64,000 bases of DNA. It comes from Lama glama. Taxonomy: Eukaryota. Shown here piece by piece: positions 1 to 13,981 of this stretch; position 1 is the stretch's first letter, and each line of letters begins with the position of its first letter. The notes under the pieces are model-generated. The model saw only the letters and a list, made by a program, of their open reading frames with translations, searched no databases and had not been told where the DNA came from. The stretch covers positions 1,180,001-1,244,000 of the forward strand of contig CM052817.1 in NCBI GenBank assembly GCA_028534125.1, given 5' to 3'. A program made the translations under genes and the position numbers.

Positions 1-1570
1 GTAAAGCAAGATTTATACATTACGTTGAAAATTACAAAACATTACTAAAAGAAATTGAAATTTTAAATATATGAAAGGACGCCCCCCCTTTCATGGATCA
101 GAAAATTCAGTACCGTCAAGACGGCAAAACTGAGACAGGCCAGGACCTAGGACCCTTTACTAGAGTGCTTACACCTAGACAAACGTCTCCCTGAGCAACA
201 GGATACAAAGAAGCTATAGGTGACTGCAAATAACCACACATGCACAAGTTGGAGCAGTTATGAGCAACAGGATACAAAAAGGCCACAAACAAATTGCCGT
301 TTGTGAGGTACGGGAAGCAAAAGCAGGGTACTAGGGTGATTCTTGCACACAGCACTACCAAGGGGTGGACAGACCACCGAAGCCATGCCTCCTGTCCACC
401 CACGGATCTGCCCCCGTTGTCACCCCATTTTACGAACCCAAGCAGCTCCTCGCGGGAAGCAGGCAAGGGTGCTTGTTCCTGCTTTCACTCCCCTGTGCAG
501 TAGCATGAACCCCAGTAGAGCCGTGCTTGAGATTCTTATCTGGCCTCTCATCAATTTCTGTTGATTAAAGAGTCCAGAGGCCCCAGTTGGTAACAAAACT
601 GCCAAAATTAATCTATAGATTTATATTAAAACCTGAGCTGAATGTTTGAACAAACTGACAAATTGATCCCAAAATTTATATTGAAATGCAAAGAAACCAG
701 AATACCTGAAACAATCTTGTAAAAAGACAGTTAAGACTCACACTTTCCAATTTCAAAACTTACTATAAAACTAAAGTAATCAAGACAGTGTGGTACTGGC
801 ATACGGAAAGATATATAAATCAGTAGAAAGAACTGAATGTTCAGAAATAAACTCTTACATTTTGAGTCTACTGAGTTTCTATAAAAGTGCCCCAAAAAAC
901 TCATGGGGAAAGAAGAGTCTTTTCAATCAGTAGTGCGGGAAATCTAGACATCAACATGCAAGCGGGTAGATCTGTGCCTTCATCTCACAGTCCTCAAAAT
1001 GGATCATGGGCTTAAACGTAAGACTGTAAACTCTTAGAAGAAAATACTTCATGACTCAAGATAGGCAAAGCATTCTTAAATGTAACACAAAATGCACAAG
1101 CAATCAAAGAGGTACTGGATAAACTGGAGTTCATCAAATTAAAATAAGTTTGTGCTTCAAAAGGTATCACCTAGAAACTGATAAAAACGAGTCACAGATT
1201 TGGAGAACTGCAAATCGTATATCCGACCAGAGACTTGTATCAGAATATATAAAGAATTCTTACAGATCCAAAATAAAACTCAAATAACCCAGTTTTAAAA
1301 TGAGCAAAAGATCTGAATTGACACTTCACAAATGGCCAATAAGCACATGAAAAGATGATCAAAATCATCAGTTATGAGGGAAATGCAATTTAAAACCACA
1401 ATGAAATGTGACTTCACACCTACTGTAACTGCTAAAATAAGGAAGATGGACAACAGCAAGTACTGAAGGGAGGTGGAGAATTTGGACCCCTCATACACTG
1501 CTGGTAGAAGGTAAAATGGTATAAGTACTCTGGAAAACATGTGGCAGTGTCTTAAAAATCTGTTGAGAAC
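1..1570 (+). mobile_element. Old L1 (L1M-type) ORF2 3' remnant, interrupted by a solo LTR
   Basis: Degenerate L1 ORF2 motifs (caagacagtgtggtactggc, aaatgcaatttaaaaccacaatg, gtaaaatggtata...tggaaaac). L1 text is continuous across the LTR insertion. Confidence 0.85.
131..595 (+). mobile_element. Solo LTR (ERV1-like, 465 bp)
   Basis: TG...CA termini; 4-bp TSD AAAC (127-130 and 596-599); ATTAAA at about 565; internal 18-bp direct repeat tgagcaacaggatacaaa at 192 and 261. Confidence 0.85.
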
Positions 1571-1731
1571 TATGCATTATCAGTCACTCACCATGGCGGG
1601 TGCAGGGCAGAGGAATAAGGTGGCTTCAAATCTTATTTCTAGCTCTCCTAGCAAAATTAGACACCAAGAAAATGAGTTTCTTTTATGGTGACAAAAAAGG
1701 AAACAAACAAAAATCAACACTGTGTACTAAC

Positions 1732-2235
1732 CTGGTCAGCTCTTAGCGGGGTTGAGCCATCCTTATACAACAGAGTTACCACCAGGGCTACTGCCTGTTT
1801 CAGCATCTCGGTCAGCTGGCTTTTCTCCAAAGCATCTAAACATCTAACATCACAAAAATGGTGTCTGAAGGCTTTTGAGTTCCCAGAATTTAGGTAGGTT
1901 TCAGCCTCACCAGCATTTTCTTCCAAAGCCATAAGTTTACTTGTTTTCTCTGATGAATTACTACATGTGATGTGTTTTCTTTTAAGATTCATGTTTTCTT
2001 TATCTTTTTCATTATTTATATTTTCCTTTGGTAAATGTTTTCTTTTATATTCCATTTTCTGTAGAACTGAAGCCTCTTGGTCACACTGAGGAACTGAACA
2101 CCTAGAAGGAGCCAACGAGCTGATATATTTCTGGTTTTGATCAGTAGACAGTCGATCTGTGAGTCTGGTACTGGAGGACTGAGGAGAGAACTTGATGGGA
2201 ACTCCTGACGTCTGGCTTGTAAAAGAATTAAGATT
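1732..2235 (-). CDS. POLN: DNA polymerase nu, third coding exon (504 nt); the gene continues beyond the left edge
   Basis: tttatatag|AATCTT...GACCAG|gttagt. Open for 168 codons: NLNSFTSQTS...QEASVLQK...NLKRKHIT...YLNSGNS...LKQAVALVVTLLYKDGSTPLRADQ. Overlaps ORF 1714..2115. Confidence 0.95.
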
Positions 2236-3949
2236 CTATATAAAAAAAAAGGAAAATATTTCACTGGAATATGGATTCATAAGACAGACTATAAATCTAA
2301 CTAATATCTGGTAAAACTCATCTAAGGAAAAGTGGGAACACAGCTTCATTCACATTAGCTATGATCAAACTTTCTAATGAACTACAGGGTGTCTTCCAGA
2401 GCTGTGATTTTTCTCAGCCCAGGTAGGAGTCCATATCTGAGTCATGGGCTGGAACAGGCAGGAGTTTAGAGCATGTCCAGCTACAGCCCTGTGCTGGGAC
2501 CATGCATGAGAAGAGATGCTCTGCAGGAGTGTGCTGAGGTGTGCAGAGTATGGAGGTGAGTGACTGGCAACTTCCAGCAAAGGCCATTTACAGAGGAAGT
2601 GAAATCACCACAACTATTTGATAATATGTTAATCTATCTACTACATTTTTTTAAAAAGTACAGCTCAGCAGCAATCCTCCTCCTGTTTCGATCTAGCAAT
2701 GTACAATATTCATTCATAGATTCACAAACTGAAGGAAAAAGCATTTCTGTTTCTTTATAGGATTCATTTACAATTCAACTTTATTTTTAATTTTTTTTTC
2801 AGAATTTATGGTATATTTATGCTGTTCTGAACAAATATATACCAATGGCACTTAATTTTGAAAGAAAAATTTTTAACACTTGGTTACAGAAAATTTAAAT
2901 TTATCCTTATTTTTATTGCAGATAAATATTAGATGATTTTCAAGAGAAGACTTCCAAACATGAGATTACATCACATTAAAAATTCTGTAGAGTATAGAGG
3001 TGCCAAGAAGAAAAAGGAAAATATACAAAATCAAATTGTTGAAGAATATATTGCTCATGTATTTTTCACAGGGATGATTATGGATATCAAGTTATCGGAG
3101 TAGAGTATTTAGATTTTAGTGGACATATTTTAAACACTGATATAACGGGTTTTAATATGTCAATATTATTAATACACCAGAAATCATATCCTTTGAAACT
3201 TTTAAACTTGTGATAAATATTTTAAATGTCAACTTAAAAATGTACCAAGAGATACATGGCTTCTCAAAATTCTTCTGTGAGAAAGGGAGCAAAAAGATTT
3301 GAAGACCTCTGCCTTAGGGATCCCAGGAGCACAGTCTGAACACCACTGAGAGAGAGAATTTCTCCTCACTTACAAAGGGCTGCATGGTCCCTTCTGTCAA
3401 AGATGCCTCTCCCCCAGCTGCAGGACAAATAGCAGTCCAAGGACGTACTACAGGGAGTTTAGATTAAGGTAGACTGGGACTTGAACACAGGTAGGCTGCT
3501 CCAGAGTCCACTCTCCTGACCACTGTGCCGCCTCCACCACTGCTTCCGCTGTAAGGTCCTTGGTAATGCGACCTGTTCTTCTCTCCATCCCCAAGCCCAA
3601 ACCACATAACTCATCACTGTCACCTTTATACCCCTTCCTTTCTGAACCTCTCTTTATTTCCACTACCCCAAAGTTCCAAGCTCTCTTCCTTTAACCTAAA
3701 CATTTTTCAGAGTCCTTCCCCTACTCTCGGAAGGTGAGAACCTTTCAACGGACAACAGAATGGAACAGCACACAGACTGGGTGCTCGTCTCTCCTATCGT
3801 CCCCAAAGCACTCGGAAGTGACTTCTACGAGGACACAAACACATCGCCTACAGAGGTACTTACTGGACTCCTCTATCTTTCCCTCCCCTCCCCTTCATAT
3901 AAATTAAACTAAAAACTCCTGGAGAGCAAGAACTCCTCTTTTTTTTAAC

Positions 3950-4012
3950 CATTGCATCCACAGTGCCTAGCATATAGTAGACACTTAGTAAGTATTTGTT
4001 AAGTGAGTGAGA
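3950..4012 (+). mobile_element. L2 LINE 3' tail remnant
   Basis: cagtgcctagcatatagtagacacttagtaagtatttgttaagtgagtga resembles the L2 3' terminus. Confidence 0.6.
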
Positions 4013-4051
4013 GTTATCTGTTTAGAATTACTCGCATTTGCAATGATTTAC

Positions 4052-4131
4052 CTTTTTTGCCAGTGATTGATTCTTCCTGTCTTCATGGAGTACTGAGTAC
4101 TTCACAATGGATTTGTTTACCACTTCTGCAG
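4052..4131 (-). CDS. POLN: DNA polymerase nu, second coding exon (80 nt)
   Basis: ttttttaaag|CTGCAGAAG...AAAAAG|gtaaat. Phase-1 entry gives (T)AEVVNKSIVKYSVLHEDRKNQSLAKK, resembling POLN (VINKSSVKYSVQLEDRK). Phase is consistent with both neighbouring exons. Confidence 0.92.
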
Positions 4132-4679
4132 CTTTAAAAAACACAAAAAGGCAACATGAGGCAAGAAATAAAGCAGCATCGAAATCTAAGCCATACAATT
4201 AGCTAAACATTGAAAATAGCCTTCTGCAATCATGCTATTTACTCATTATTTACTAATTAAAACGATGTAATGAAATTTATGACCAAAATGCAAACTACCA
4301 TTGCAATAGGCATTGATGTGCAGTATTGTCAAATTAACTGGAGACAGAGCTATGTAGTCATGAGATGCTTGTTAAAAAGTATGACTTGGTATTTGTATTT
4401 GAATACTTGATTCTGAAAACCCAAGTTCAACATTTTACAGAAACCTTTTAACTATTAAAGTTTTGAGGAAATTCTTAGACTGAATAACACTGCAATGAAC
4501 AATGAGAGACTCAATAAAACATCACTAATACACACTTCTGATTTAACTTGTTTTAATTTTAATAAGCCTGGGCTGAACAGTTAGTGACGGAACCTGGATT
4601 CAACCTCAGACAGCAGGACTCGAGTCTGCACTCGTGACTTCTGCGGTGCACGTTCCCTCTGTGGTAACAGTAACCACCA

Positions 4680-5960
4680 AGAAATGCAAACGGGGGAAAT
4701 CTTTCACCTACAACAGAGAAGAGTTATACTTAGGATACACTTAACAAGAAGGGCACAAGGCGCTCAATGATGAAAACTTAAAATCTTATGAAATGGCATA
4801 AAGCGAGCTCTGTACAAAAGGAAAGACACAGCATTGAGAAGTGCACAAAGTATTTAATTCTCCCAATTATAAATGTAACGCAATTCCCATCAGAGACCCT
4901 GCAAGGCTCTTTTAATGGAAAAAATAATTTCAGAATAATAGGAAGTATTAAGTATCTGAAAATAGACAAACAACGTAAGCTTTTAAAAATAAGACTTATT
5001 TTGCCACATTATCAGAACATACTAGAAAAGCCACTGTAATCAAATCTGCATGGTACTTGAATATGAATAGACAAAAAGATCTCTAGAACAGAGTAGACAG
5101 TCCAAAATCTGACCCCAGGACTTATGAGAATTTAGTATACGACAAAGATGTTGTTTCACCTCAGTAGAGAAGGACAGATTGATTAACAGTGACAGCACAA
5201 CTAGCATCACTTCTGAAAGAAAACGACATATTGGGAAAACCGGGACAAAAAAAGGCAAAGGGTTAAAACTTACACTGTACAACAAGCTACACTGGTCAAA
5301 AAAGAAACAATTCAATAGAAAATGGGCAAACGGTAGGGAGAGGCAGTACACAAAACAGCACATCCAAAAAGCAAACACACATGATACAATACTCAACCTC
5401 GGAGTAGCCGGGGAAGTGCAAACTAAATATAATTGGAGATGGAGGTGAATAGGTTGTCTCGTGCATTGCTGGTAAAAATGTGAATAATTAGGAACATTTT
5501 GGAAAGCAAACTGTCAGCGTTTATTAAAATGAAAAATAAATGCACCACCCTTGGGAGTTGGGAAGAAAGACAGATCCAAAGGGAGCAAAGATGGTCCTCT
5601 GGGGTGTGACCAATGTTCTGTTTCTTGATCTGGGTGGTTACAGGGTGTTCAGTTTTCGAAATTTTGAGCCACACTCTCAGATGTGCTTTGCGTGTCTGTG
5701 TGTGTGTGTGTGTGTGTGTCTATTGTAACCTCAATGAAAACAAACAGATATAAAATACATAAATTACCTCACCAAACAATCTCACTCCTGGCTATCTGTT
5801 TCTATCCTGTTACTATCATGCAATAGTAAATAGGTTCAAACCAAAACATCCATGATGGTATTGCTTCATGGCCAAGAACTGAAAACAAAGTAGATACCAA
5901 TTGATGAATAACTTATATAATATCTACACCACAAAACACAGAGCCATTGAAAAGCTGTAT
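4680..5960 (+). mobile_element. Ancient L1 (L1ME-like) remnant
   Basis: A-rich degenerate ORF2/3' motifs (aaaatgggcaaa, tgcaaactaaa, tttcttgatctgggtggttacagggtgttca). Confidence 0.65.
5697..5719. repeat. (TG)n microsatellite
   Basis: Direct reading. Confidence 0.9.
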
Positions 5961-6039
5961 TAGCTGACTTAAGATGCAGGAACCTGTGAAAAGATGACCC
6001 TATTTTTGAAAACAATGACCAAACCTATGTACACAAGTA

Positions 6040-8600
6040 TGTTACACACTCCTGGTCCCCAGGAGGCAGACTGAGATGGAAGTCTGTACTCGCAAAGCTC
6101 ATCAGGGAGCGCTCTCAGGTTCAACACCTGCAGGGGAGTGGAGGATGAGAACTGGTCCAAGGTGCAGCCAGTACCAAGGCCTGTTCCAAACCTGGTGTGG
6201 TCCTGCAGATTTGTCCCCTGTTGGGTCAGGGGAGCTGGGCCTTTATACCCCAGCACCCACCAGTCTTCACCTGGTTGCTCCTGGGAAAGGGGAGTGCCCT
6301 TGGGTAAAGAAGCTCTTTGCAGCTGAGGTACTCATCAGGAGGGGCTGCGCTGTGAGCAGCAGCTGGGGGGATGAATGGGTCTGGGCGTCCGCAGTGTTCA
6401 CTGCAGTCTTGCCTACGGTTCACCACACAGCACTGCTCAGAGCCACCTGCTTCAGATAGGTTCTGGGAGCAGCTCCTCCAGGACTCTGGTGGGGCTCTTT
6501 CTGGGGGAGGCTTTAAAGGAGTTAATGGGATGAAATGCATCTCCTTGTCCTGCAGCTGGTCTCAAAGTTGCAAATGCTATTCACCTCCCTCTTCTACTGC
6601 CCATTCTAAGGTCCCCTCACCCTGGTTTAGCACCTCTGCTGGGCTAGGTAGTCTGCCTAATCATGACCCAAACCCTCAAGTCTGAGAGGTTTAAGTCACA
6701 GTCACCACGCTCTTCTCAGGTCATGGCCACTGCACTTACCATCAGATTTGAGCAGTGGACCAAGAGGTGTCCAATCACATCCCCCAGGTGCCAAGTGCAT
6801 GCTTCCCTGCCCCAGTTATGAAACAGCAGCCCCAACTTTTCCTGATGAACAGGATGGAGATTACACTCCCTGCCTGCCAGTCTCTTGGCATAAGGAACTT
6901 GAAATAACTGGGCTGCAGCTATAGCTTGAAACTGAGTGGTACTCCTCCTGTGCCCCTCGTGGGTTTCTCCTTGGGAGTCAAAAGACTAAACCTGCAGAAC
7001 CCAGATGTGCAGGGGGAGAGAAACACAAATACACTGGGGGGCACTGGGAGTGATGGTAAGCAGGGCCACTCCCACTGCCACCTTTTGGTTCCCAGAGCCT
7101 TTAATTATATATACTGGGGACACCGCACCCTGCAGTGGTCACTTACGTAGTGTCTACTGCATCCTGGAGGCCCCCCGCGCTGAGCCTGCGGCCCACCACT
7201 CCACCACCCCATCAGACTGTGTTTCCGGCGTGCGGCCGTGAGGGAACCCATGGGTTCCATGGTCATGTGCCCACAGAACCTCCTTCGCTGTAAAGTGGGT
7301 CCCTGAGTCCAGTGCGATGCTACACAAGATTCTGCCAGTGGATCAAATGCTCCATGAGCCCCGGATGACTGAGATCACTGAGGCCCTGCATATGAGAAAG
7401 GCAAACTCGTGTCTGCAATGTGTATTCGTCAAGGCAAATCACAGCAACTTTGGGGGCACAGGGGGCTCAGTGTTGTCAACTAGCCAAGTGACTGTTCTCC
7501 TCAAAGCTCAGTACTACTGGGGACCCAGCGTTCAATCTGCCGTTGGTGAGTTGGACATTCAGCAGAGGCATCAGCCAGACCAGCCCTGCGGAGGAGTGCC
7601 GTGCTGCTGGCCCACACAGAGCCTCCCCTGCAGCCCCGTGGTCACTCCACTAAAGAGCCAAGGTTGTCTGCACTGGACCAGCAGATGACACAGGCTGGTG
7701 GACCTCACCTGGCCAAGCTATTCCAGTTTTGTCCCTTCCTCTGACACTGCCTCAGGTGGCTGCTCTCTGTGTCTCCTATTCTTGTGAGCTTCAGTTTGCT
7801 TTACTCCTTGGCAACTAATCCCATGACTCATCAACAATGCTTTAAACTTTCCTGGTTCAAATTAGTATATGGTTTCTGTTCCCTGAATCATACGCTCACT
7901 TAACACCCCCAGTACCTCTCAGCCAGGTTATGTGGTGACTTAATGGCCAAGAGAGAAAGAGGTGTCAGTTCTTGGGGAAGAATGAGTTATTTTTCAAGAC
8001 AGAACCCTCTTGTATTGTCTTCAAGCTGGTGGGAAGGGGAGGACGGGGGTTGGAGAGATGGGGGCTGGCTTTGAACACAGAGAAGCAGCTACTTCTGCAG
8101 GTCCCAGAGGCATCTGGGATTCAAGATTTGAAGGTACCAATCCAGATGTCCCCATCCTGCATCTCAGGGCCCTGACCCAAAGGCAGAACACCTGCCAGGA
8201 CTGAGAATCCAACCTCCTCTGGAGCTCTACCAGCCTCACCAGGCACAGGGACTGTAACTGCAGGTGGCTCTCTACAGGCTAGCAGACATGCCCTCTGGTT
8301 ATCATATTTAGCTTTTGATTGCTAATTAATCACCCTCAGCCTCTGTCTTTTTCCAAAAGATCTATTATACCCAGCCACAGCCACCAATTCCATTCTCTCC
8401 CACTGCCTTGCACTTATTGCCCAGCAGCCTGGGCAGCTGCATCACTGGTATGCTGGACCAGTCACCCCTAGTAAAAGCATTAACTGCCCGGCTGCCATCT
8501 GTACTCCATCCACGATGGGTGTGAAGTCACCAGTGCCAGCCTGCCCGAGGGTGACCCAACTTCAAAATGCCACGTCTGCTTTCTCAGACCACTGCTAGCA
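6040..8600 (-). mobile_element. Ancient ERVL-type remnant (LTR16-like LTR plus degenerate internal sequence)
   Basis: GC-richer block in an AT-rich intron. 6040-6420 resembles a reverse LTR16 (gtccccaggaggcagactgagatgg...tcaacacctg), followed by degenerate ERVL internal-like sequence. No intact ORF. Family call is from memory. Confidence 0.6.
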
Positions 8601-10299
8601 CCAACTGTAGCAGATCAAGTTCCCTGGGAACCACACTGAGCTTTGCCTGCAGCAGTTTACCAGGGGACAGTCTTGGGAAGCAGGACTGAGGCGGGAGCTC
8701 AAATGTGATACAGTTGCAACAAAGGCCTTGGCTATCCCATCTGAGGAAGCGGGGGTCTGGACGGCACAGCATAGTCACACACACAAGCTATAATGACAAT
8801 TATACAATTACAAATTATGGAAACAGACAAAAATATAAAAGGCATATGCTAAGTCCTTAACATGGGTTAGCAATGAGAGAAGTTTCAACAAAGGAAAAAC
8901 CTGAGCTAAGAAAACAAAGTATATATAAACCCTTTCACCATGTGTAAATATGCAAAAAGAAATTTTTTAATATGGGATCATGGACGTTGTTTTTGGTTTT
9001 TCTGTTTTCAAAAAGCCCCCTCTTTTCTTGAAGTATAACAAACAAAAAAAGACCCTCCAAAACACTGAGGAGAATATAACATATATTTAAAAATAGTGAA
9101 GTATGTATTATATTTGTAGAAAGCTTACAAATCAGTAAGAGTTGAGTTCAAGATCAGCCCAACTGAGGTAGCATCACATAAGAACATCTTTGCCTGCCTT
9201 CAGAGAGCTCAAAACATACCATGAGTTAAAGCATTGTGCAAATAACCAAAAACTACCTCACAGGAAGCTCTCCGAGCTGCAAATGAATCAAATGCAGTTT
9301 ACTTCCAATAAGGCATGCTGGTAATGGAAGCATCGTTTGAGCAGAACCTTGTAAGATGCTGTGCTTTCACCACTCAGTGTTGTGTGTGAAGGAGAGAAGG
9401 AAAAGGTACGCAGAGGATGAGCTGAGAACGTCCCATCTGCAAGTTAGGGTCAAATCTGAACGGGGCACAGAGGGAAAGCAGTGGGGCACAGACAGAAGGG
9501 CAGGCGAAGGCCAGGATGCTCTGCGGGAACACACACGGATGTCTGTGCAGATCAACTCTGCACAGCTGACAGGAGCTGAGCCAATTCCAGCAATGGTGCA
9601 AAGCCAAGACCAAAGTGGCGATAAATGGATGGCGAACAGCAAGTAGGAAACCACTGCAAATTTCCCAGTGAGAAGCAATAGAGTCTTGAATTAGGACAGT
9701 GGGAACTGGGATCCAGCACCGGGCAAGGGTTGCTAAGTGACAGGACAGAAGTAGTTTCTGTTTACCTGATAGAAATAAAAATAATGCTCATCCATATACT
9801 CTTGACTAAGATGAACATAATCATAATAAATCTATTCTGTCATTTAGCTTTACATTATCTGTCCCTGAGACTGCAAAGTTCCACCAGATGGTGGGAATAA
9901 AGACACACTTCACGTTAATGAATTGAATTTTGACAAATATTCACCTTGAGGAGTCTTAAACCTGTATTAATTTGTAATATCTGTAAAACTATTTTTATTT
10001 TACTAGAAAAAAAATTCACCTCTAAGCTCTATTAAGTTAAAAAAGAATTTGTACTAGAAAATGTTATTTGGTTGCTATAGGTACTCTGAAAAAATACAGA
10101 AATGTTTTCTAATAAATACGTGCTTAATCATATGTATCATACTATACATAGCACCAGGACAGCTGACCACCTTAAACTCACCCTGAAAAATCCTCCTTCT
10201 CCCCCAGTATTTACCAAAGACTTTCAGTGGCATTACTGAGCACTAAATGACAATGAAAATTTAAGTCAGATTAACACAATTCTGAATCTAGTTTAAAGG

Positions 10300-10720
10300 T
10301 GTATGAGTTAAGGCAAAAAGCTAAGCTACAGTCACAAAAAAACCCACCAATACACTGGTTTAATAAACAAAATTTATTTCTCTCTCATGTTCTGAGGAGA
10401 GTGGTCTTAGCTGGTGACGCAGCTGTTTCATGAAGTCACTCTGGGACCTGGGTTCCTTCCAGCACATTGGTCCACAATCCTCTAGGACACTGTTATCATT
10501 TGTAGGATTGGAAAGGAGTCATTTTAGGTTCCAACCTGAGGAAAGGAAAAAGGCCAGCTAGGAAGCAAGTCAGACATCTTTGGGCCTACCCTGGAAATGG
10601 CACACACCCCACTGACAGGAGCCCGCCACCTGGTCACCCTGACTGTAAGGAGACTGAACCACGTAGTCTGACAGTGCATCTTGAAGGGAAGGACGGATGC
10701 TGGTGCGGCGGCCAAAGAGT
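10300..10720. mobile_element. MaLR (MLT1-like) LTR remnant
   Basis: ggtttaataaacaaaatttatttctctctcatg...gggacctgggttccttcc...ggtcaccctgactgtaagg pattern typical of old MLT1 elements. Confidence 0.5.
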
Positions 10721-10859
10721 CATCTCTGCTAAAAAGGCCTTTGGAGCAATGTAAAATGCCCATGATCAGGAAGTGGGAAGTGGTGCCATAAAAGTCAGGA
10801 TAATGGTTACCTTTGAGCAGGGGAGAGATTTTTTTTTTCTGGATATGTCATTTTTTTTT

Positions 10860-11355
10860 AAACAGCAACATTATTTATAATTGCCAAGATACAGAAGTAT
10901 CTTAAGCGCACATCAATAGATGAATGGATAAAGATGTAGCATATATATGCAATGGAATACAACTGACCCATAAAAAAGGGTACTTTCCTATTTGAGGCAC
11001 TTTATTCATATTTTTTTTTCCATTTCAAAAACCAGAATTTTATAACTGGCATAAACATTTCCATTGCACCAAAAACAACAAAATACCTAGAAATAAACTT
11101 AAACAAGGTTATCTATACTCTGAAAACTGTAAAACATTGATGAAGGAAATTGAAGATGATACAAAGAAATGGAAAGATTTCTTGTGCTCTTGACTTCTAA
11201 GAATCAGCATTATCAAAATGGCCACACTACCCAAAGCCATCCACAGATCCAATGTATCCCCTGTCAAAATACTGACATTCTTCACAGAACTAGAATAAAC
11301 AATTCCAAAACTTACATGGAACCATAAAATATCCCAAATTACCAAAGCAATCTTT
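10860..11355 (+). mobile_element. L1 ORF2 fragments
   Basis: aaaatacctagaaataaacttaaacaagg...aaaacattgatgaaggaaattgaagatgatacaaagaaatggaaagat... Confidence 0.85.
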
Positions 11356-11399
11356 TGTAGGTCTTTTTTTTTTCCTTTCTTTTTTTTGTTCTCTTTTCT

Positions 11400-11965
11400 T
11401 ATGGTTTGATGACTAGAGAAGTTCTTTTAACATTTGTTGTAAAGCTGGCTTGGTGGTGCTGAATTCTTTTAGCTTTTGTTTATCGTGAAGCTTTTGATTT
11501 CTCCATCAAGTCTGAACGAGAGCCTTGCTGGATAGAGTGCTCTTGGTTGTAAGTTTTTTCCTTTCATTGCTTTAAATATATCTTGCCACTCCCTTCTGGC
11601 CTGCAGAGTTTCTGCTGAAAAATCAGCTCATAACCTTATGGGAGTTCCCTAGCATGTCTGTTGCTTTCCTCTTGCTAATTTTAACATTTTCTCCTTATCC
11701 TTAATTTTTGTCAACTTGATGACTGTGTGCCTTGGTGTGCTCCTCTTTGGGCTGATCCTGTGTGGAGCCCTTTGCACGTCCTGGACTTGGGTGACTTTCC
11801 TTTCCCAAGTTGGAGAAGTTTTTAGTTATTATCTCTTCAAAAATTTTCTCAGGTCCTTTCTCTCGTCTCTTTCTGGGACCCTTATAATGAGAATATTAGT
11901 GCACTTCATGTTGTCCCAGAGCTCTCTCACACAATCCTTATTTCTTTTCATCCTTTTTTCTGTTC
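11400..11965 (-). mobile_element. L1 ORF1 3'-half fragment, opposite orientation
   Basis: ttgtaaagctggcttggtggtgctgaattcttttagc...ccttgctggatagag...ttctgctgaaaaatcagct is the reverse complement of an L1 ORF1 C-terminal region. Confidence 0.85.
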
Positions 11966-12309
11966 AAGCAGGGAGAGAGTTTTAACCAAGAAGGAAATTT
12001 TGAGGTGTTGGCAACAAAAGTGTAAGTTATATGATGTCCTCTTTATGTTGATTCACTAAGCGGTAGTTTATTTACACTGATTTCTGAATTCAATTTTGAT
12101 ACTTATCTGGTACAAAATGCACTTTCAGAAGTGAAGCACTTATTTACAATATCTTGCTTATGAGGGAGAAGGATTTGACATTAACAGTTCAGTATGTGAC
12201 AAGAGCCCAGGAATCAGTTAAGTCTTAGGCTCAGCATCATTCATCAATAAACCACCAGCAACCCTGACTCAGATTTATATGAAATAAGAATAAAACTGGT
12301 GGGACTCTG

Positions 12310-12845
12310 GGGTAGACGGACTCTAAGGTGGTCCCAAGACCCCTGCCTCCTAGTATTCACATTCTTGTGTAACCCCTCGAGCATGGGTGGGACTTACTGA
12401 CTCCCCTATAACCAACAGAATACAGTGAAGGTGATAAAATGTTTGTGATTACCTTACAGAGGACTGTAATGTCAGTCTTGTGGGGGACACTCTTGCTGGC
12501 TTTGAGAAAGCAAGCTGCTAGAATGGAAAGCTGCCTATGCAGAGAACCACGCGGAAAGGAACTGAGGGTGGCTTCCAGCTAACAGTCAGGGGAGAAACTG
12601 AGACCCTCGGTCCAAGAGCCTACAAGGAACTGAATTCTGCCGCCAACCATGTGAGCCTGCAAGCAAACGCTTCCCTATTCGATTCTCAGATGAGCTTCCA
12701 GCCCCAGCTGACACCCACACCTCAACTGCAGAGGCCCTGCTAAGCTGTGCCCAGGCTCCCGAACCACAGAAACTGTGAGACAACAAGTGTGTGTTATTTT
12801 AAGACACTAGTTTATAGTAAGAGTGTTATACAGCAACAAATATAC
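12310..12845 (+). mobile_element. MaLR MLT1-type LTR
   Basis: ctaaggtggtccc...cctcctagtattcac...ggaactgaattctgccgccaaccatgtgagc...cacagaaactgtgaga...gtgttattttaag...ttatacagcaa. Confidence 0.8.
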
Positions 12846-13981
12846 AGAATCTCTGTGAAAATTCCACTATTTTCCCAAATCCAAGAACACTTGACAGAAA
12901 AGCAATACCTTCTCTTTTCCTATTATCATCTCAATAAATTTATGAAAACTAGGATTTTAATGTGGTATTTTAAGAGCATGACAAGGGAGTTCATGAGGTG
13001 GGCTTAACTGCCATAAATTTTTCAACAAAGACACACATTATAGCCTCCAGAGGCATTTTATTTTATTACCAGTTTTTGAAGGAAAGTCTCTTTCTAGCCC
13101 TGTCAAGTGCACAGTGCTCTTTTATTTTAGAAAGCAAGTATACAGAACAAAGGAGAAAGCTCTTTGATGTTTAAATATTTATCTTTCTTTATCATTCCCC
13201 CCAGCAATATCATTCCCTCTAAAAACCACCAATTGCTTGTTATGTAGTGCGTACCCTGAAACTCTCACTGGCTCATTATTAGTGACTTCTGTAACAAGGG
13301 CAACAGACACCTGATCACGAATAGATCAAAATGTTAAGCACCATGATATCTTAATCAATAAACTGCATTTACAACAGCTTTGCACTATTTGTCAACACTA
13401 TCAATTATTTCATTTCAATATAACTACTCTTATATCTTACTCATTATAACCTAGCTTGCAGAAAAGAAAAACAAATTATTGGCCCAGACTTACAAATTTA
13501 ACATAAAAACTCCCTTCCTAATTAAAATAAAAACAACCTGGTATTCCAAACATTTCAGTCACACTTGTGAGCACGTCACCGCTTTTACTGTTACACGGCA
13601 TCCTAAACGTAGGTACACAGATCCACTGATCGTTGCCACCTAAGAGCTTAACATTCCTACAGCAGTGTAATACATATTGCCGAAACCGCTTCTCTCGTCC
13701 ACCACACACAATAAGCAAATACTACATACAGGTTCAATGACCTGAGAGCAAGGGTGAAGCAACAGGCACTGTAAAAGAGCCCGTCTCTTCTGAGGTTAAA
13801 CAGCTGATCCAGACTCTAAGGGAAGGAAAAGAGTGTTACATTTTTAAAGCAGTAAGGGCTAAGGTTACAGGAAACTTAGAGAGCAGCTCAGTCATCACTG
13901 CATGAGAGTAAAGCACGAGGGAGCTGGGCTCCATTCTAGACAATACAAAATGCTACAAAATAACTCTGCTACATTTTATTT

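Noticed and set aside
6076..8600. Intact retroviral gag/pol/env
   Set aside because: The ERVL-like block has only short ORFs, with no recognisable RT, integrase or env motifs.
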